Source: a virus
Lineage: Duplodnaviria; Caudoviricetes
Virus record (IMG/VR): IMGVR_UViG_3300036770_004227
Coordinates: 1 to 60,605 of that record
Length of the DNA stretch: 60,605 bases
Direction: 5' to 3' (one strand)
Program-made: the position numbers and the translations under genes
The notes under the pieces: generated by a model
The model's input: the letters and a program-made list of their open reading frames with translations, nothing else
Told to the model about the DNA's origin: nothing
The model's database searches: none
Shown here: piece by piece, positions 8,974-17,772 of the stretch
Numbering within the stretch: position 1 is the first letter of the stretch
Layout of the letters: each line of letters starts with the position of its first letter

Positions 8974-9702
8974 ATGAAAGATATTCTCAAAGATATTATT
9001 GAACATACATTGCCAACAAAGTCTCCTATCATAAAAGTTTCTGGCACAGACACAGAAACTAATATATCTTCAATTTCTGAAGATCGGTATGTAATCACGA
9101 ATGCTAAGTTGAAAACTCCATTACCGGAACTCAAGGGTGTTTTTGGCATTTCAGCGTTAAGTACACTACTTTCTATCGTCAAATCAGATGACGAATATGA
9201 AGAAGGCTCTAAGATTGTAATTACCAGTGAAGACAAGGACGGCGTATCTACACCATCAACGATTTACTTTAAAAGTAAAGACGGTGATTTTGAAAATACG
9301 TTCAGACTTGTTTCTAAATCATTCGCCGAAGAAGCGGTACCTGTAATGGTATTCAAGGGAGCAACATGGAATGTTGATTTCATCCCAACAAATCTAGGAA
9401 TTTCTAGACTTAAAAAGCAAGCAAGTATTTACAAAGATGAAGAAGTATTTTCAATATTTTCAGAAAATAACTCATTGATTATAACATTTGGCTTGCCTTC
9501 GTCTCACACTGGACGATTTGTATTTCATACAGGAGTCACAGGTAATCTAGGAAAAGCACTGAATATTCCAGTACAATCATTTATTTCTGTTATGGATTTA
9601 GTAGGTGACAAGAGAGTTTACATCACAAGCCAGGGCGCTATTCGTGTAACGTTAGACAGTGGTCTAGCCGATTACGAATATTTCATTCGTCCAGTAAAAT
9701 AA
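8974..9702 (+). CDS. Probable DNA polymerase sliding clamp (gp45-like)
   Basis: 242 aa, two-domain alternating beta/alpha pattern, clamp-like size, immediately after the polymerase; AGGA SD. Confidence 0.6.
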   Translation: MKDILKDIIEHTLPTKSPIIKVSGTDTETNISSISEDRYVITNAKLKTPLPELKGVFGISALSTLLSIVKSDDEYEEGSKIVITSEDKDGVSTPSTIYFKSKDGDFENTFRLVSKSFAEEAVPVMVFKGATWNVDFIPTNLGISRLKKQASIYKDEEVFSIFSENNSLIITFGLPSSHTGRFVFHTGVTGNLGKALNIPVQSFISVMDLVGDKRVYITSQGAIRVTLDSGLADYEYFIRPVK

Positions 9703-9713
9703 GAGGTAATAAC

Positions 9714-9974
9714 ATGAATTCCGATTCAAATGAAATCGATGATATCATTGAATGGCCACCAGAATTTTATGATAAACACTGGCAAAATATGCCTACCTAT
9801 AATCAACCAGACAATGGCGCTTATAGACAACTGATTATCAACTTTCAAAATGAAGAAGCAGTAAAAAACTTTGCTCAATTAGTTAACCAACCACTAACGA
9901 AAAAAACCAAAAGTATCTGGTTTCCTCACCGTGAACAAAATAACGTAAGTGATCTATTCTGGATTGAAGAATGA
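9714..9974 (+). CDS. Small partner protein of the glycosyltransferase
   Basis: WQNMP.Y.Q......LII.F.N......FA..V.Q.LT.KTKSIWFP pattern; ATGA overlap with the next gene. Confidence 0.6.
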   Translation: MNSDSNEIDDIIEWPPEFYDKHWQNMPTYNQPDNGAYRQLIINFQNEEAVKNFAQLVNQPLTKKTKSIWFPHREQNNVSDLFWIEE

Positions 9975-10867
9975 GTAATCCTCAATTTCCAATTTATATC
10001 GTCAGTAAAGGGCGTGCTGATAGTAGACTAACTAGTAAAGCACTTAATCTTATGAAAGTGCCACACTATATGGTGGTTGAACCACAAGAATATGACATCT
10101 ACTCTGAAGCATGCAAGGACACTACTGCCACTGTACTAACTCTTGACATGGACTATAAAAATCAGTATGATTGTTTTGACAATTTAGGCTTGACTAAGTC
10201 CACTGGCCCTGGGCCAGCAAGAAATTTTGCATGGGATCATAGTATTGCCAGTGGCTATGACTGGCATTGGGTAATGGATGACAATATTGCAGAATTTTTG
10301 AGGCTAACTGATAACAAAAAAATTCGTTTCGGTGATGGTACATGTTTCAGAATTATGGAAGATTTTGTACTACGATACGAAAACATCGGAATGGCGGGAC
10401 CCCAGTATCGTGCCTTTGCACCACAGAATTCTAAAATACCACCGTTCGTCGCTAATACACGAATTTATAGTTGCAATTTAATTCGTAATGATACACCTTT
10501 CAGGTGGCGTGGCAGATATAACGAAGACACTGATCTTAGTTTGCGTATGCTCAAGGCTGGCTGGGCTACTGTTCAGTTCAATGCATTTTTACAGGATAAA
10601 CTACGTACACAAGTACTAGGAGGTGGCAACACTGCTGAATTTTATGCAAAAGAAGGCACCGCTGCCAAGAGTCAAATGCAAGTAGATATGCATCCAGATG
10701 TTAGTCGTTTAACATGGAAGTTTGGACGAATACATCACGAAGTAAATTATAATCCATTCAAAAACATTCCGTTATTGTTTAAGTCCGACTACGTTAGAGT
10801 AGAAGGCGTAAATGATTACGGATTATCTCTTAAATCTGGATGGAAGAGAGTCAAAAATAATATATGA
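9971..10867 (+). CDS. TET/JBP-associated (TAGT, GREB1-like) GT-A glycosyltransferase, probable DNA base-modifying enzyme
   Basis: PIYIVSKGR, GPGPARN, HWVMDDNI, RIYSCNLI, WRGRYNEDTDLSLR, GGNT motifs; lies in the replication operon. Confidence 0.75.
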   Translation: MSNPQFPIYIVSKGRADSRLTSKALNLMKVPHYMVVEPQEYDIYSEACKDTTATVLTLDMDYKNQYDCFDNLGLTKSTGPGPARNFAWDHSIASGYDWHWVMDDNIAEFLRLTDNKKIRFGDGTCFRIMEDFVLRYENIGMAGPQYRAFAPQNSKIPPFVANTRIYSCNLIRNDTPFRWRGRYNEDTDLSLRMLKAGWATVQFNAFLQDKLRTQVLGGGNTAEFYAKEGTAAKSQMQVDMHPDVSRLTWKFGRIHHEVNYNPFKNIPLLFKSDYVRVEGVNDYGLSLKSGWKRVKNNI

Positions 10868-11157
10868 GATTATATCCTATTACTATAGACATAGAAAATC
10901 TCACAGATGATATGATAGTATGGGCCACCGCCCAGGGTGCGGATATTTTTTATCAACATTCAGAATTAAGAACCGTAATCAAGTTCCCACACAGCAAGCC
11001 ATCAGCACCAGTAGGTCGTACAGGAATGAGATTACATTTCAATAATACTCAACGAGGCCAAGCACTTTTGTTCTTACTATCCTTTTCCAATTATGTAATA
11101 AAACATAATATAGAAGAAATCAATAATGGAGTAAAAAACCTGTATGCTACAACGTGA
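10864..11157 (+). CDS. Hypothetical protein
   Basis: 97-aa ORF overlapping both neighbours in the operon. Confidence 0.6.
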   Translation: MRLYPITIDIENLTDDMIVWATAQGADIFYQHSELRTVIKFPHSKPSAPVGRTGMRLHFNNTQRGQALLFLLSFSNYVIKHNIEEINNGVKNLYATT

Positions 11158-11512
11158 ACAATCACTTTATGAACAACGTAAACGAATTATCAAAGCATCT
11201 GATAAGAAATTTTGGATTGAGATTGATAAGCAATTAAATAATCAAAAACTAAAATTCAAAATATGGATAGATATAAGTACTGTATCAATGAACGCTTCAC
11301 TATGTGAAGTAAAAGAATGGGTAGAGAATTTATATATTAGTGGTAAACTAACTCTGGAAAACAAGAAATATGAATTTTTAGCAGATGAGTTATACGAAGC
11401 AATCTCAGAAGAATATCCAGATAAAAATATATGGATAAGTATTAAGTCAGACGATCTTGGGCTTTTAGCAAAATACGAAACTAGAACACCAAGTACTTTT
11501 TTAAAAATTTAA
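11144..11512 (+). CDS. Hypothetical protein; possible degenerate QueD/PTPS-like T-fold protein
   Basis: F(K)IWID....K.W.E.LY....L.L.NK..E.LADELY..I...YP...WI.I..D recalls phage QueD-like proteins, but the protein has no His residues. Confidence 0.4.
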   Translation: MLQREQSLYEQRKRIIKASDKKFWIEIDKQLNNQKLKFKIWIDISTVSMNASLCEVKEWVENLYISGKLTLENKKYEFLADELYEAISEEYPDKNIWISIKSDDLGLLAKYETRTPSTFLKI

Positions 11513-11522
11513 AGGAAAAATA

Positions 11523-11702
11523 ATGGCAACTCCAAAATATATCGAACGTCATCTAACTATGAAACCAGAAGTAAAAAAGATTTTTGAAGATCTAGAGTCT
11601 TACAAGGACTATTGCAGGGATAATATGTTGAAGTTTGACGAACGTGATTTATACAAGTCAGATCAATACAAAAAGTTTGAAAAACATACATATCAACGTT
11701 GA
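11523..11702 (+). CDS. Small hypothetical protein, 59 aa (MATPKYIERHLTMKPEVKKIFEDLESYKDYC...)
   Basis: Not in the ORF track; AAGGA SD, ATG 11523, TGA 11700-11702; fills the operon gap. Confidence 0.7.
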   Translation: MATPKYIERHLTMKPEVKKIFEDLESYKDYCRDNMLKFDERDLYKSDQYKKFEKHTYQR

Positions 11703-11706
11703 AAAA

Positions 11707-11979
11707 ATGTTAAGTAAAATCAAAAATATATTTACCAAAAATATTCCTCAAATCAGAGAAGAAAAATTAGAGGTAGCCGTTTCAGACATTAATCACGAAT
11801 TTTCTCGTCATCCATTTCATATTACAGTACATTATGCCTCCGGTGGCATAATCATAAATACTCGACAATATAATAGAAAAATAGATGAGTATGAAATATC
11901 TAACTATGTTGTTCACGATGGCGACGAAATATCAAAAACAATAGAAAAAATCATATTCATTGAACAGTTAAAACAATAA
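11707..11979 (+). CDS. Hypothetical protein
   Basis: Start moved to ATG 11707, just after the preceding small ORF. Confidence 0.6.
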   Translation: MLSKIKNIFTKNIPQIREEKLEVAVSDINHEFSRHPFHITVHYASGGIIINTRQYNRKIDEYEISNYVVHDGDEISKTIEKIIFIEQLKQ

Positions 11980-11981
11980 AA

Positions 11982-12110
11982 ATGTTTGATAATTTAATTT
12001 ATCTATTAATACCTTCTTCAATATTATTAATTTCATACATACTTGGTACCAAAAAATTTCATAAATTTTTATTGAGAGTTTCTTCTAAAATAAATAGAAG
12101 CAATCAATAA
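11982..12110 (+). CDS. Possible 42-aa single-pass membrane peptide
   Basis: MFDNLIYLLIPSSILLISYILGTKKFHK...; fills the gap between two genes; very AT-rich, so may be spurious. Confidence 0.35.
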   Translation: MFDNLIYLLIPSSILLISYILGTKKFHKFLLRVSSKINRSNQ

Positions 12111-12121
12111 AAGTTATACAT

Positions 12122-12349
12122 ATGTTAGATCCAATGGCACTAGATTATATAGATTTAATAACTCCCTACTTAAAACATGTAAAAAATTGGAACTTGCATT
12201 TTTGCATACTACCAAGAAAATGCTATCTAACTAGTAAAATCATTTGGATGAATCATTGTTATTTTGGATCGAGGATCGTCGCTGATAATATTGTAGAAGA
12301 GTTCTATATTGATAAAAACGAATTTCTTATTTGGTCACTAAAAAACTAA
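12122..12349 (+). CDS. Hypothetical protein
   Basis: 75-aa ORF in operon orientation. Confidence 0.6.
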   Translation: MLDPMALDYIDLITPYLKHVKNWNLHFCILPRKCYLTSKIIWMNHCYFGSRIVADNIVEEFYIDKNEFLIWSLKN

Positions 12350-12353
12350 CATC

Positions 12354-12794
12354 ATGCTAGACATTATTAAAAAACTACTTAACAATCAACCTGCTGACGA
12401 ACCTGTGATTACTGAAAAGCCAGCACAAATAAAAGTTGAACCTAAAAAACCAGTAGAACGAAAGAAGAAACCTAAACCACCAGTGATCAAATCACAGAAA
12501 GATATCGCAACAGAAAAGCATGAACCATATGTCAATATCATCAAAGTTGATTTAGATCCAGAAAATATAGGGGCAGGCTCTTTCGAACTTGATTGGAATG
12601 AATATTTCATTGCTAAACTAATCAGGTCTGGATATAAAGGGGCGGATGATTCTCAAATCGTAGATCAATGGTTTCAAGATGTATGCAGGAACGTTGTGTT
12701 AGAAACGTTTGAACAATACGAGGCGAACAATCCTAGACCCGTTTCTGGTGTTCAACGTAAAGACATAGGTTCTGGTAGATCAGAAATTTCATGA
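12354..12794 (+). CDS. Hypothetical phage protein
   Basis: 146 aa; Lys/Pro-rich N-terminus followed by a globular FELDWN..F...L...GY.G.....IVDQWF domain. Confidence 0.7.
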   Translation: MLDIIKKLLNNQPADEPVITEKPAQIKVEPKKPVERKKKPKPPVIKSQKDIATEKHEPYVNIIKVDLDPENIGAGSFELDWNEYFIAKLIRSGYKGADDSQIVDQWFQDVCRNVVLETFEQYEANNPRPVSGVQRKDIGSGRSEIS

Positions 12795-12798
12795 ACAC

Positions 12799-12827
12799 TT
12801 GACATTTTTTAGGTTTGCTACTATAAT
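12799..12827 (+). promoter_or_regulatory. Consensus sigma70 promoter
   Basis: TTGACA-17 bp-TATAAT, a perfect consensus upstream of rnh. Confidence 0.85.
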
Positions 12828-12859
12828 TAGAGCGTATACCAACCAACTTCAATATAGAA

Positions 12860-13855
12860 ATGAAATACGCATTAATTGACACCGCAAACACTTTTTTTCG
12901 TGCCAGGTACATTGCATCAAAGAACAGCGATGTAAATGAAAAACTTGGCATGGCACTTCATATTACACTATCTTCAGTAAATCAGGTAGTCAGAAATCAC
13001 GGAATTAATCACGTGATTTTTTGTCTTGAGGGACGTAGTTGGCGTAAAGATTTTTACGAACCATATAAGAAAAATCGTGCTGTGGCTAAAGCAGCATTGA
13101 CTGAACGAGAACTTGAAGAAGACAAACTGTTTTGGGAAACATTTGAAAATCTGAAAGATTTTCTCATTGAAAAGACCAATTGCACCGTTCTACGTCACGA
13201 TAATCTAGAAGCAGATGATCTTATCAGTGGATGGATTCAATCTCATCCACAAGATCAACACGTAATTGTCAGCAGTGATACAGATTTTCATCAACTACTG
13301 GCTGACAATGTTTCACAGTACAACGGCATTACTGAAGAACTTCACACGATCAAAGGGATCTTGGATAAAAACAAGAAAATCGTGATCGATAAGAAAACCA
13401 AAGAACCTAAGACTATTCCTAACCCAGAATGGCTTCTGTTTGAAAAATGCATGCGAGGCGATAGTTCTGACAATGTTTTCAGTGCTTATCCTGGTGTTCG
13501 TACAAAAGGCTCAAAGACAAAAGTAGGACTGATTGAAGCGTTTGATGATAGAAATTCTCGTGGTTATTCATGGAACAATCTTATGCTTCAACGCTGGACT
13601 GATCATAATAACGTTGAACATCGAGTGATGGATGACTACGAACGTAATCGCACACTTATTGATTTGAAGGCTCAGCCGGAGCATGTAAAGGTATGGATTA
13701 ATGAAACCATCGATGCTGGCAAAACTCCAAAGAACAAGCAAATGATCGGCATTCAGTTTATGAAGTTCTGTGGCAAATATGACTTAGTTCGCCTTAGCGA
13801 AATGGCAAATAATTTCGCAGACATTTTTTCATCATCATATGAACTCAAAAAATAA
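12860..13855 (+). CDS. rnh: RNase H / 5'-3' exonuclease (T4 Rnh, FEN family)
   Basis: LIDTAN, WRKDFYEPYKKNR, EADDLI, SSDTDFHQL, GDSSDNV motifs. Confidence 0.92.
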   Translation: MKYALIDTANTFFRARYIASKNSDVNEKLGMALHITLSSVNQVVRNHGINHVIFCLEGRSWRKDFYEPYKKNRAVAKAALTERELEEDKLFWETFENLKDFLIEKTNCTVLRHDNLEADDLISGWIQSHPQDQHVIVSSDTDFHQLLADNVSQYNGITEELHTIKGILDKNKKIVIDKKTKEPKTIPNPEWLLFEKCMRGDSSDNVFSAYPGVRTKGSKTKVGLIEAFDDRNSRGYSWNNLMLQRWTDHNNVEHRVMDDYERNRTLIDLKAQPEHVKVWINETIDAGKTPKNKQMIGIQFMKFCGKYDLVRLSEMANNFADIFSSSYELKK

Positions 13856-14318
13856 CCAAGACGTTATCGCTAAACCACTTATTTCAAATAAGTATTGGAT
13901 ACTTGAATCGGATGGTAAGAAAGTAGGCACTATTCAGGCCATAGAGGCAGGTGGCTATTCTTTAGTCAAGAATCAAGAACGAAAGAGATATAGCACAATA
14001 AAGGTACTAGGTGAAGAGAACAACATAATTTTTGATAATAAAAAAATCAAAAAGCCATCTTCTACTAATAGTTTAATTGGCAAGTTTCCAATATCTGGCA
14101 AAGCATACAACATTATATGGAATGTCAGACATAAGTTCGCCGCTTACACTAAGACAAAAAACAGTAAGTGTCATTATTGTGCTGGTTATTTCTTAGTAAA
14201 GATTCAAAATACATGGAGTGTGATGTTCTGTCCTAAACTCATTCTGATTAATCGATATCAGTTTAAGGGTCCATTTACTTCCAAATCAGAAGCGGAAAAA
14301 CTTCAAAATGAATGTTAA
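13839..14318 (+). CDS. Hypothetical protein
   Basis: 159-aa basic ORF overlapping the rnh end. Confidence 0.7.
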   Translation: MNSKNNQDVIAKPLISNKYWILESDGKKVGTIQAIEAGGYSLVKNQERKRYSTIKVLGEENNIIFDNKKIKKPSSTNSLIGKFPISGKAYNIIWNVRHKFAAYTKTKNSKCHYCAGYFLVKIQNTWSVMFCPKLILINRYQFKGPFTSKSEAEKLQNEC

Positions 14319-14532
14319 TTTAACGCTTCACATCAAAAAGTTCAATGACAAACTCAAAATCATGAATCAATCCAGTGCAAGAGATTTAACTCTTACTGCA
14401 CAGGAAGCCCGTGGACTTCAATCAGATATATTTGAGTTACTTAACATGATAGCAAATCTTTCAAATAAGACTGTCAATATTGAAGAAGACAAACCAGTTC
14501 AGGTATTGATGTCTGGAGGCAGTTTCAAGTAA
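14308..14532 (+). CDS. Hypothetical protein
   Basis: 74-aa ORF, coupled to the previous gene. Confidence 0.65.
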   Translation: MNVNLTLHIKKFNDKLKIMNQSSARDLTLTAQEARGLQSDIFELLNMIANLSNKTVNIEEDKPVQVLMSGGSFK

Positions 14533-14554
14533 TTTTAATTTCTTTCAATTTTGA

Positions 14555-14560
14555 TAAATA
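14555..14560 (+). promoter_or_regulatory. Late promoter TAAATA
   Basis: GATAAATA in the intergenic gap before 14602. Confidence 0.5.
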
Positions 14561-14601
14561 TATTAGCACATTAAGATGAATTATCAAAATTGAGGAATGA
14601 A

Positions 14602-14901
14602 ATGAGTAGACCTAAGCCTAATATATTAACTGAATATGTAAATAAACATACATATAAAACTGAGCAGATTCTAAGTAGTGAGGGAATTTGGGCGGTTTTT
14701 TACGAGGGTCAGCCATTCAATTTAAAATCTAGCAATATGCTAGTTAATTATCCCGGGCCAAAGTACAAAAAAGTAGCCTTTTCAAATAAAGGACATGCTA
14801 TTAATTTGGCAAAAAAACTTAATGTTTTGTTTAAAACTGACAAGTTTGAGGTGTTATTATTGAAACATGGCGAAAAAATATACCCAAACTCAGTTGAATA
14901 A
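14602..14901 (+). CDS. Hypothetical phage protein (MSRPKP...)
   Basis: GAGGA SD and ATG 14602; PGPKYKK..FSN.GHA.NLAKKLN motif. Confidence 0.75.
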   Translation: MSRPKPNILTEYVNKHTYKTEQILSSEGIWAVFYEGQPFNLKSSNMLVNYPGPKYKKVAFSNKGHAINLAKKLNVLFKTDKFEVLLLKHGEKIYPNSVE

Positions 14902-15229
14902 GATATTTTCTATTCAATCAAATACACCAGTATCTAAATTTAAAAATATTATTTGGTATAACAATAGCAATAGTAATAGTTTACGATTGACTCTTGCTGG
15001 GTATAATTTTCTTGTAAAAGAGTGTAAATTACAATCATACTCTTTCAAATTAGGTAGTCCGATAACCAATAAACTGGTATTACAGTTGGAAAGATATTAT
15101 CCAACTTTTTACTTTTTATTGCCTGTAAATTACATTTTTACTGTCTTCGAGGACGAAACCACCACTATGCTAACTTTGCTTAATGGTGATTTAAAAAAAT
15201 TACTATCTGACTACGAAAATTTTTCTTAA
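14867..15229 (+). CDS. Hypothetical protein
   Basis: 120-aa ORF; SLRLT..GY motif. Confidence 0.65.
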   Translation: MAKKYTQTQLNKIFSIQSNTPVSKFKNIIWYNNSNSNSLRLTLAGYNFLVKECKLQSYSFKLGSPITNKLVLQLERYYPTFYFLLPVNYIFTVFEDETTTMLTLLNGDLKKLLSDYENFS

Positions 15230-15525
15230 TCTTTGCAGTTCTTTTTACCGTCGTCTTTGCCTCCAGACAGAATAAATCCGCTGAGTGTACCTGTTAAAAA
15301 CGTAGCGATAGGAATAATTAGTTCAAAAAACTTTGCATCTATTGGACTAATTGCATCAAGTGGCTGTGTGACAAATATTATACTGTAAAGCACTACGAAT
15401 ACGATTCCCATTAAAGTTAGTGCTAAACAACTTACAATAATTGCTTTAACTCTGGCATTTAACTCTTCTATAGTTAGTTTACTTTTAGATTTTACTTCTT
15501 GAGATTCTGCGGTATCTTCGGACAT
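15226..15525 (-). CDS. Two-TM membrane protein (holin-like topology)
   Basis: Two hydrophobic helices (AIIVSCLALTLMGIVFVVLYSIIFV; FFELIIPIATFLTGTLSGFIL) and a charged C-terminus. Confidence 0.65.
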   Translation of the reverse strand: MSEDTAESQEVKSKSKLTIEELNARVKAIIVSCLALTLMGIVFVVLYSIIFVTQPLDAISPIDAKFFELIIPIATFLTGTLSGFILSGGKDDGKKNCKD

Positions 15526-15671
15526 GTTCTAGTTTCCTCACAAATTTCTGGCTTGCATTCATCTGAGTGTATTTTTGCTGGGTCTTGACAAGGATATCTA
15601 TATCGTTCTTGACATCCAGAAAATACTATAATACTAAGCATCAATAATAAGTATTTAGTGATATTTTTCAT
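15492..15671 (-). CDS. Small Cys-rich lipoprotein, 59 aa
   Basis: Not in the ORF track; AAGGAG SD; MKNITKYLLLMLSIIVFSG|CQERYRYPCQDP...C....C.....C has a type II signal peptide and lipobox. Confidence 0.75.
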   Translation of the reverse strand: MKNITKYLLLMLSIIVFSGCQERYRYPCQDPAKIHSDECKPEICEETRTCPKIPQNLKK

Positions 15672-15689
15672 AGTTAAAAACTCCTTTAT

Positions 15690-16211
15690 TTACCATCTAC
15701 CAGATGTTATACCAGCATCATAAATCATTATTACAATTATATAAATTAAGTAGATTGATGGAATCAAGATCAAACTTGATAATATCAAATCTTTTACGGT
15801 CTTAATGAAATTCATTTTTGCTCTCATTTGTTCATATATCATTTTTTCTCTTTTTGCTTTAATGTTTCTACGCATTTGTATAAATTCTTTATAACCATCT
15901 GAACCCAAATGTTGCAATGCGCCATATGTAAACATATGATGAATTTCTTTTTCCATCTCAACTATTTTTTGTTTTGCAATAAATGTATCAAATGCCTCCT
16001 TTGTTTCGGATTTCTGAAATCCAATCTTCTCAAATAGTCCTGGCTTTTTATTCTCAATCTGAGATATGGATTCCTGCAAATCGCTTATCGCACCTGCCCA
16101 TTGACTAAGTTGTGAATAAACATCCTGCACTTCTCTACCAACTTCTACTACCTTTTTAATGCCATTAAACGCTGCGGTAGCAACAGAAAATGCTGTAAAT
16201 GGATCAATCAT
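15690..16211 (-). CDS. Coiled-coil protein with C-terminal transmembrane helix
   Basis: 173 aa; helical body, hydrophobic LILSSLILIPSIYLIYIIVIMI near the C-terminus. Confidence 0.7.
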   Translation of the reverse strand: MIDPFTAFSVATAAFNGIKKVVEVGREVQDVYSQLSQWAGAISDLQESISQIENKKPGLFEKIGFQKSETKEAFDTFIAKQKIVEMEKEIHHMFTYGALQHLGSDGYKEFIQMRRNIKAKREKMIYEQMRAKMNFIKTVKDLILSSLILIPSIYLIYIIVIMIYDAGITSGRW

Positions 16212-16324
16212 AAAATTTTCCCTATAAAAATGAGGATTTATGGAAAAACAATGTGATTGATAAAATAACCTTTCCTCTTTAACAGTTGTATTTACTTGAA
16301 AGTTGAAATTTTAAAGTGCTAGTT

Positions 16325-16353
16325 TTGACAAAAAATACGACCTGTCGTACAAT
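16325..16353 (+). promoter_or_regulatory. Sigma70-type early promoter
   Basis: TTGACA-17 bp-TACAAT. Confidence 0.8.
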
Positions 16354-16387
16354 CTTTTCATGCCTCAACAAAGGAACTTTTTCTAAA

Positions 16388-16585
16388 ATGAACTCTCTAA
16401 CCGTTCGGGTCAACACACTGATCAACAATTTTCCGCCTGAATACAGGATTCCTATCGTCAACGCACTACGTGCAAGTGATGGCACTTATCTTAGTTTTCA
16501 CAGTGAACTGATTGGAGCCACATGGGATTTTCCAGATCTACCCGTTGAGGAAATAATCGAAGAAATTTGTTGGGATGTTGCTTAA
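16388..16585 (+). CDS. Small early hypothetical protein
   Basis: ATG 16388 after AAGGA, downstream of the sigma70 promoter. Confidence 0.6.
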   Translation: MNSLTVRVNTLINNFPPEYRIPIVNALRASDGTYLSFHSELIGATWDFPDLPVEEIIEEICWDVA

Positions 16586-16654
16586 AAACAACACACAAAA
16601 ATCGTTCATAGTCTATAATTCATAAATCGCAATTCACTTTTATTGGAGAAAAAA

Positions 16655-17764
16655 ATGGCAAAAGAATCTATCACCGAACATCGTACCGTTACCGCACCAA
16701 CCGCCCGTCGTACTATCCTCGCCTGTTTCAAGCATAAGCGTCCCGTATTTCTGTGGGGTCCTCCTGGTATCGGCAAGAGTGAGGTTGTGGCTGATATCGC
16801 CACTGAACTAAATGGTGCATTCATTGACCTTCGCCTTGCGCAAATGGAACCTACTGATCTTCGTGGTATTCCATATTTCAACAAGGATCTGGGTAAGATG
16901 GACTGGGCACCACCAGTTGATCTACCAGACGAAGAATTTGCCAGTCAGCATCCAATTGTTGTTCTTTTTCTGGACGAAATGAATCAGGCTGCACCCAGCA
17001 TTCAGGCCGCGGCATACCAACTGATTCTTAATCGTAGGATTGGCAAGTATAAGTTGCCAGACAATGTGGTAGTGGTTGCTGCTGGTAATCGTGAAAGTGA
17101 TAAGGGTGTCACATTCCGTATGCCTGCACCTCTGGCTAATCGATTTATTCACATTGAAATGCGAGTTGATCATGCCAGTTGGGAAACATGGGCTACCAAG
17201 AATCGTATCCATAAGGACGTAGTTGGTTATGTCGGCTTCGCAAAGCAGGATCTAAACGACTTTGATCCACGTAGTTCTAGCCGTAGTTTCGCTACACCAC
17301 GTAGTTGGACCTTCGTCAGTGATCTACTCCATGACAATACTATCTCTGAAAGTGACCTTACCGATCTAATCGCCGGCACAGTAGGCGAGGGTATTGCTAT
17401 CAAGTTCATGGCACATCGGAAAATTTCTGAGCATCTGCCTCTTCCAGAAGATGTACTGTCTGGCAAAGTTACTACACTGAAGACAAAAGAAATCAGTGCT
17501 ATGTATTCACTGGCGGTATCATTGTGCTATACTCTACAGGATTCACTGAAGCATCTAAATAATAAGCCAAATGATGATTGGCATGCAATGCTTGACAATT
17601 TCCTCAAGTTTTGCATGGACAACTTTACTACCGAACTAACAGTTATGAGTGCCCGAATTGCAGTGGTAAACTACTCATTGCCCTTCATTACCAATAAATT
17701 GAAGAACTTCCAAGAGTTTTACAGCCGATTTGGTAAGTACATCATGAATGCAAACAACAACTGA
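16655..17764 (+). CDS. MoxR/dynein-related AAA+ ATPase
   Basis: Walker A GPPGIGKS, Walker B VLFLDE, AAGNR sensor, LANRF arginine finger, TPRSW; GGAG SD before ATG 16655. Confidence 0.92.
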   Translation: MAKESITEHRTVTAPTARRTILACFKHKRPVFLWGPPGIGKSEVVADIATELNGAFIDLRLAQMEPTDLRGIPYFNKDLGKMDWAPPVDLPDEEFASQHPIVVLFLDEMNQAAPSIQAAAYQLILNRRIGKYKLPDNVVVVAAGNRESDKGVTFRMPAPLANRFIHIEMRVDHASWETWATKNRIHKDVVGYVGFAKQDLNDFDPRSSSRSFATPRSWTFVSDLLHDNTISESDLTDLIAGTVGEGIAIKFMAHRKISEHLPLPEDVLSGKVTTLKTKEISAMYSLAVSLCYTLQDSLKHLNNKPNDDWHAMLDNFLKFCMDNFTTELTVMSARIAVVNYSLPFITNKLKNFQEFYSRFGKYIMNANNN

Positions 17765-17772
17765 GAATTATC

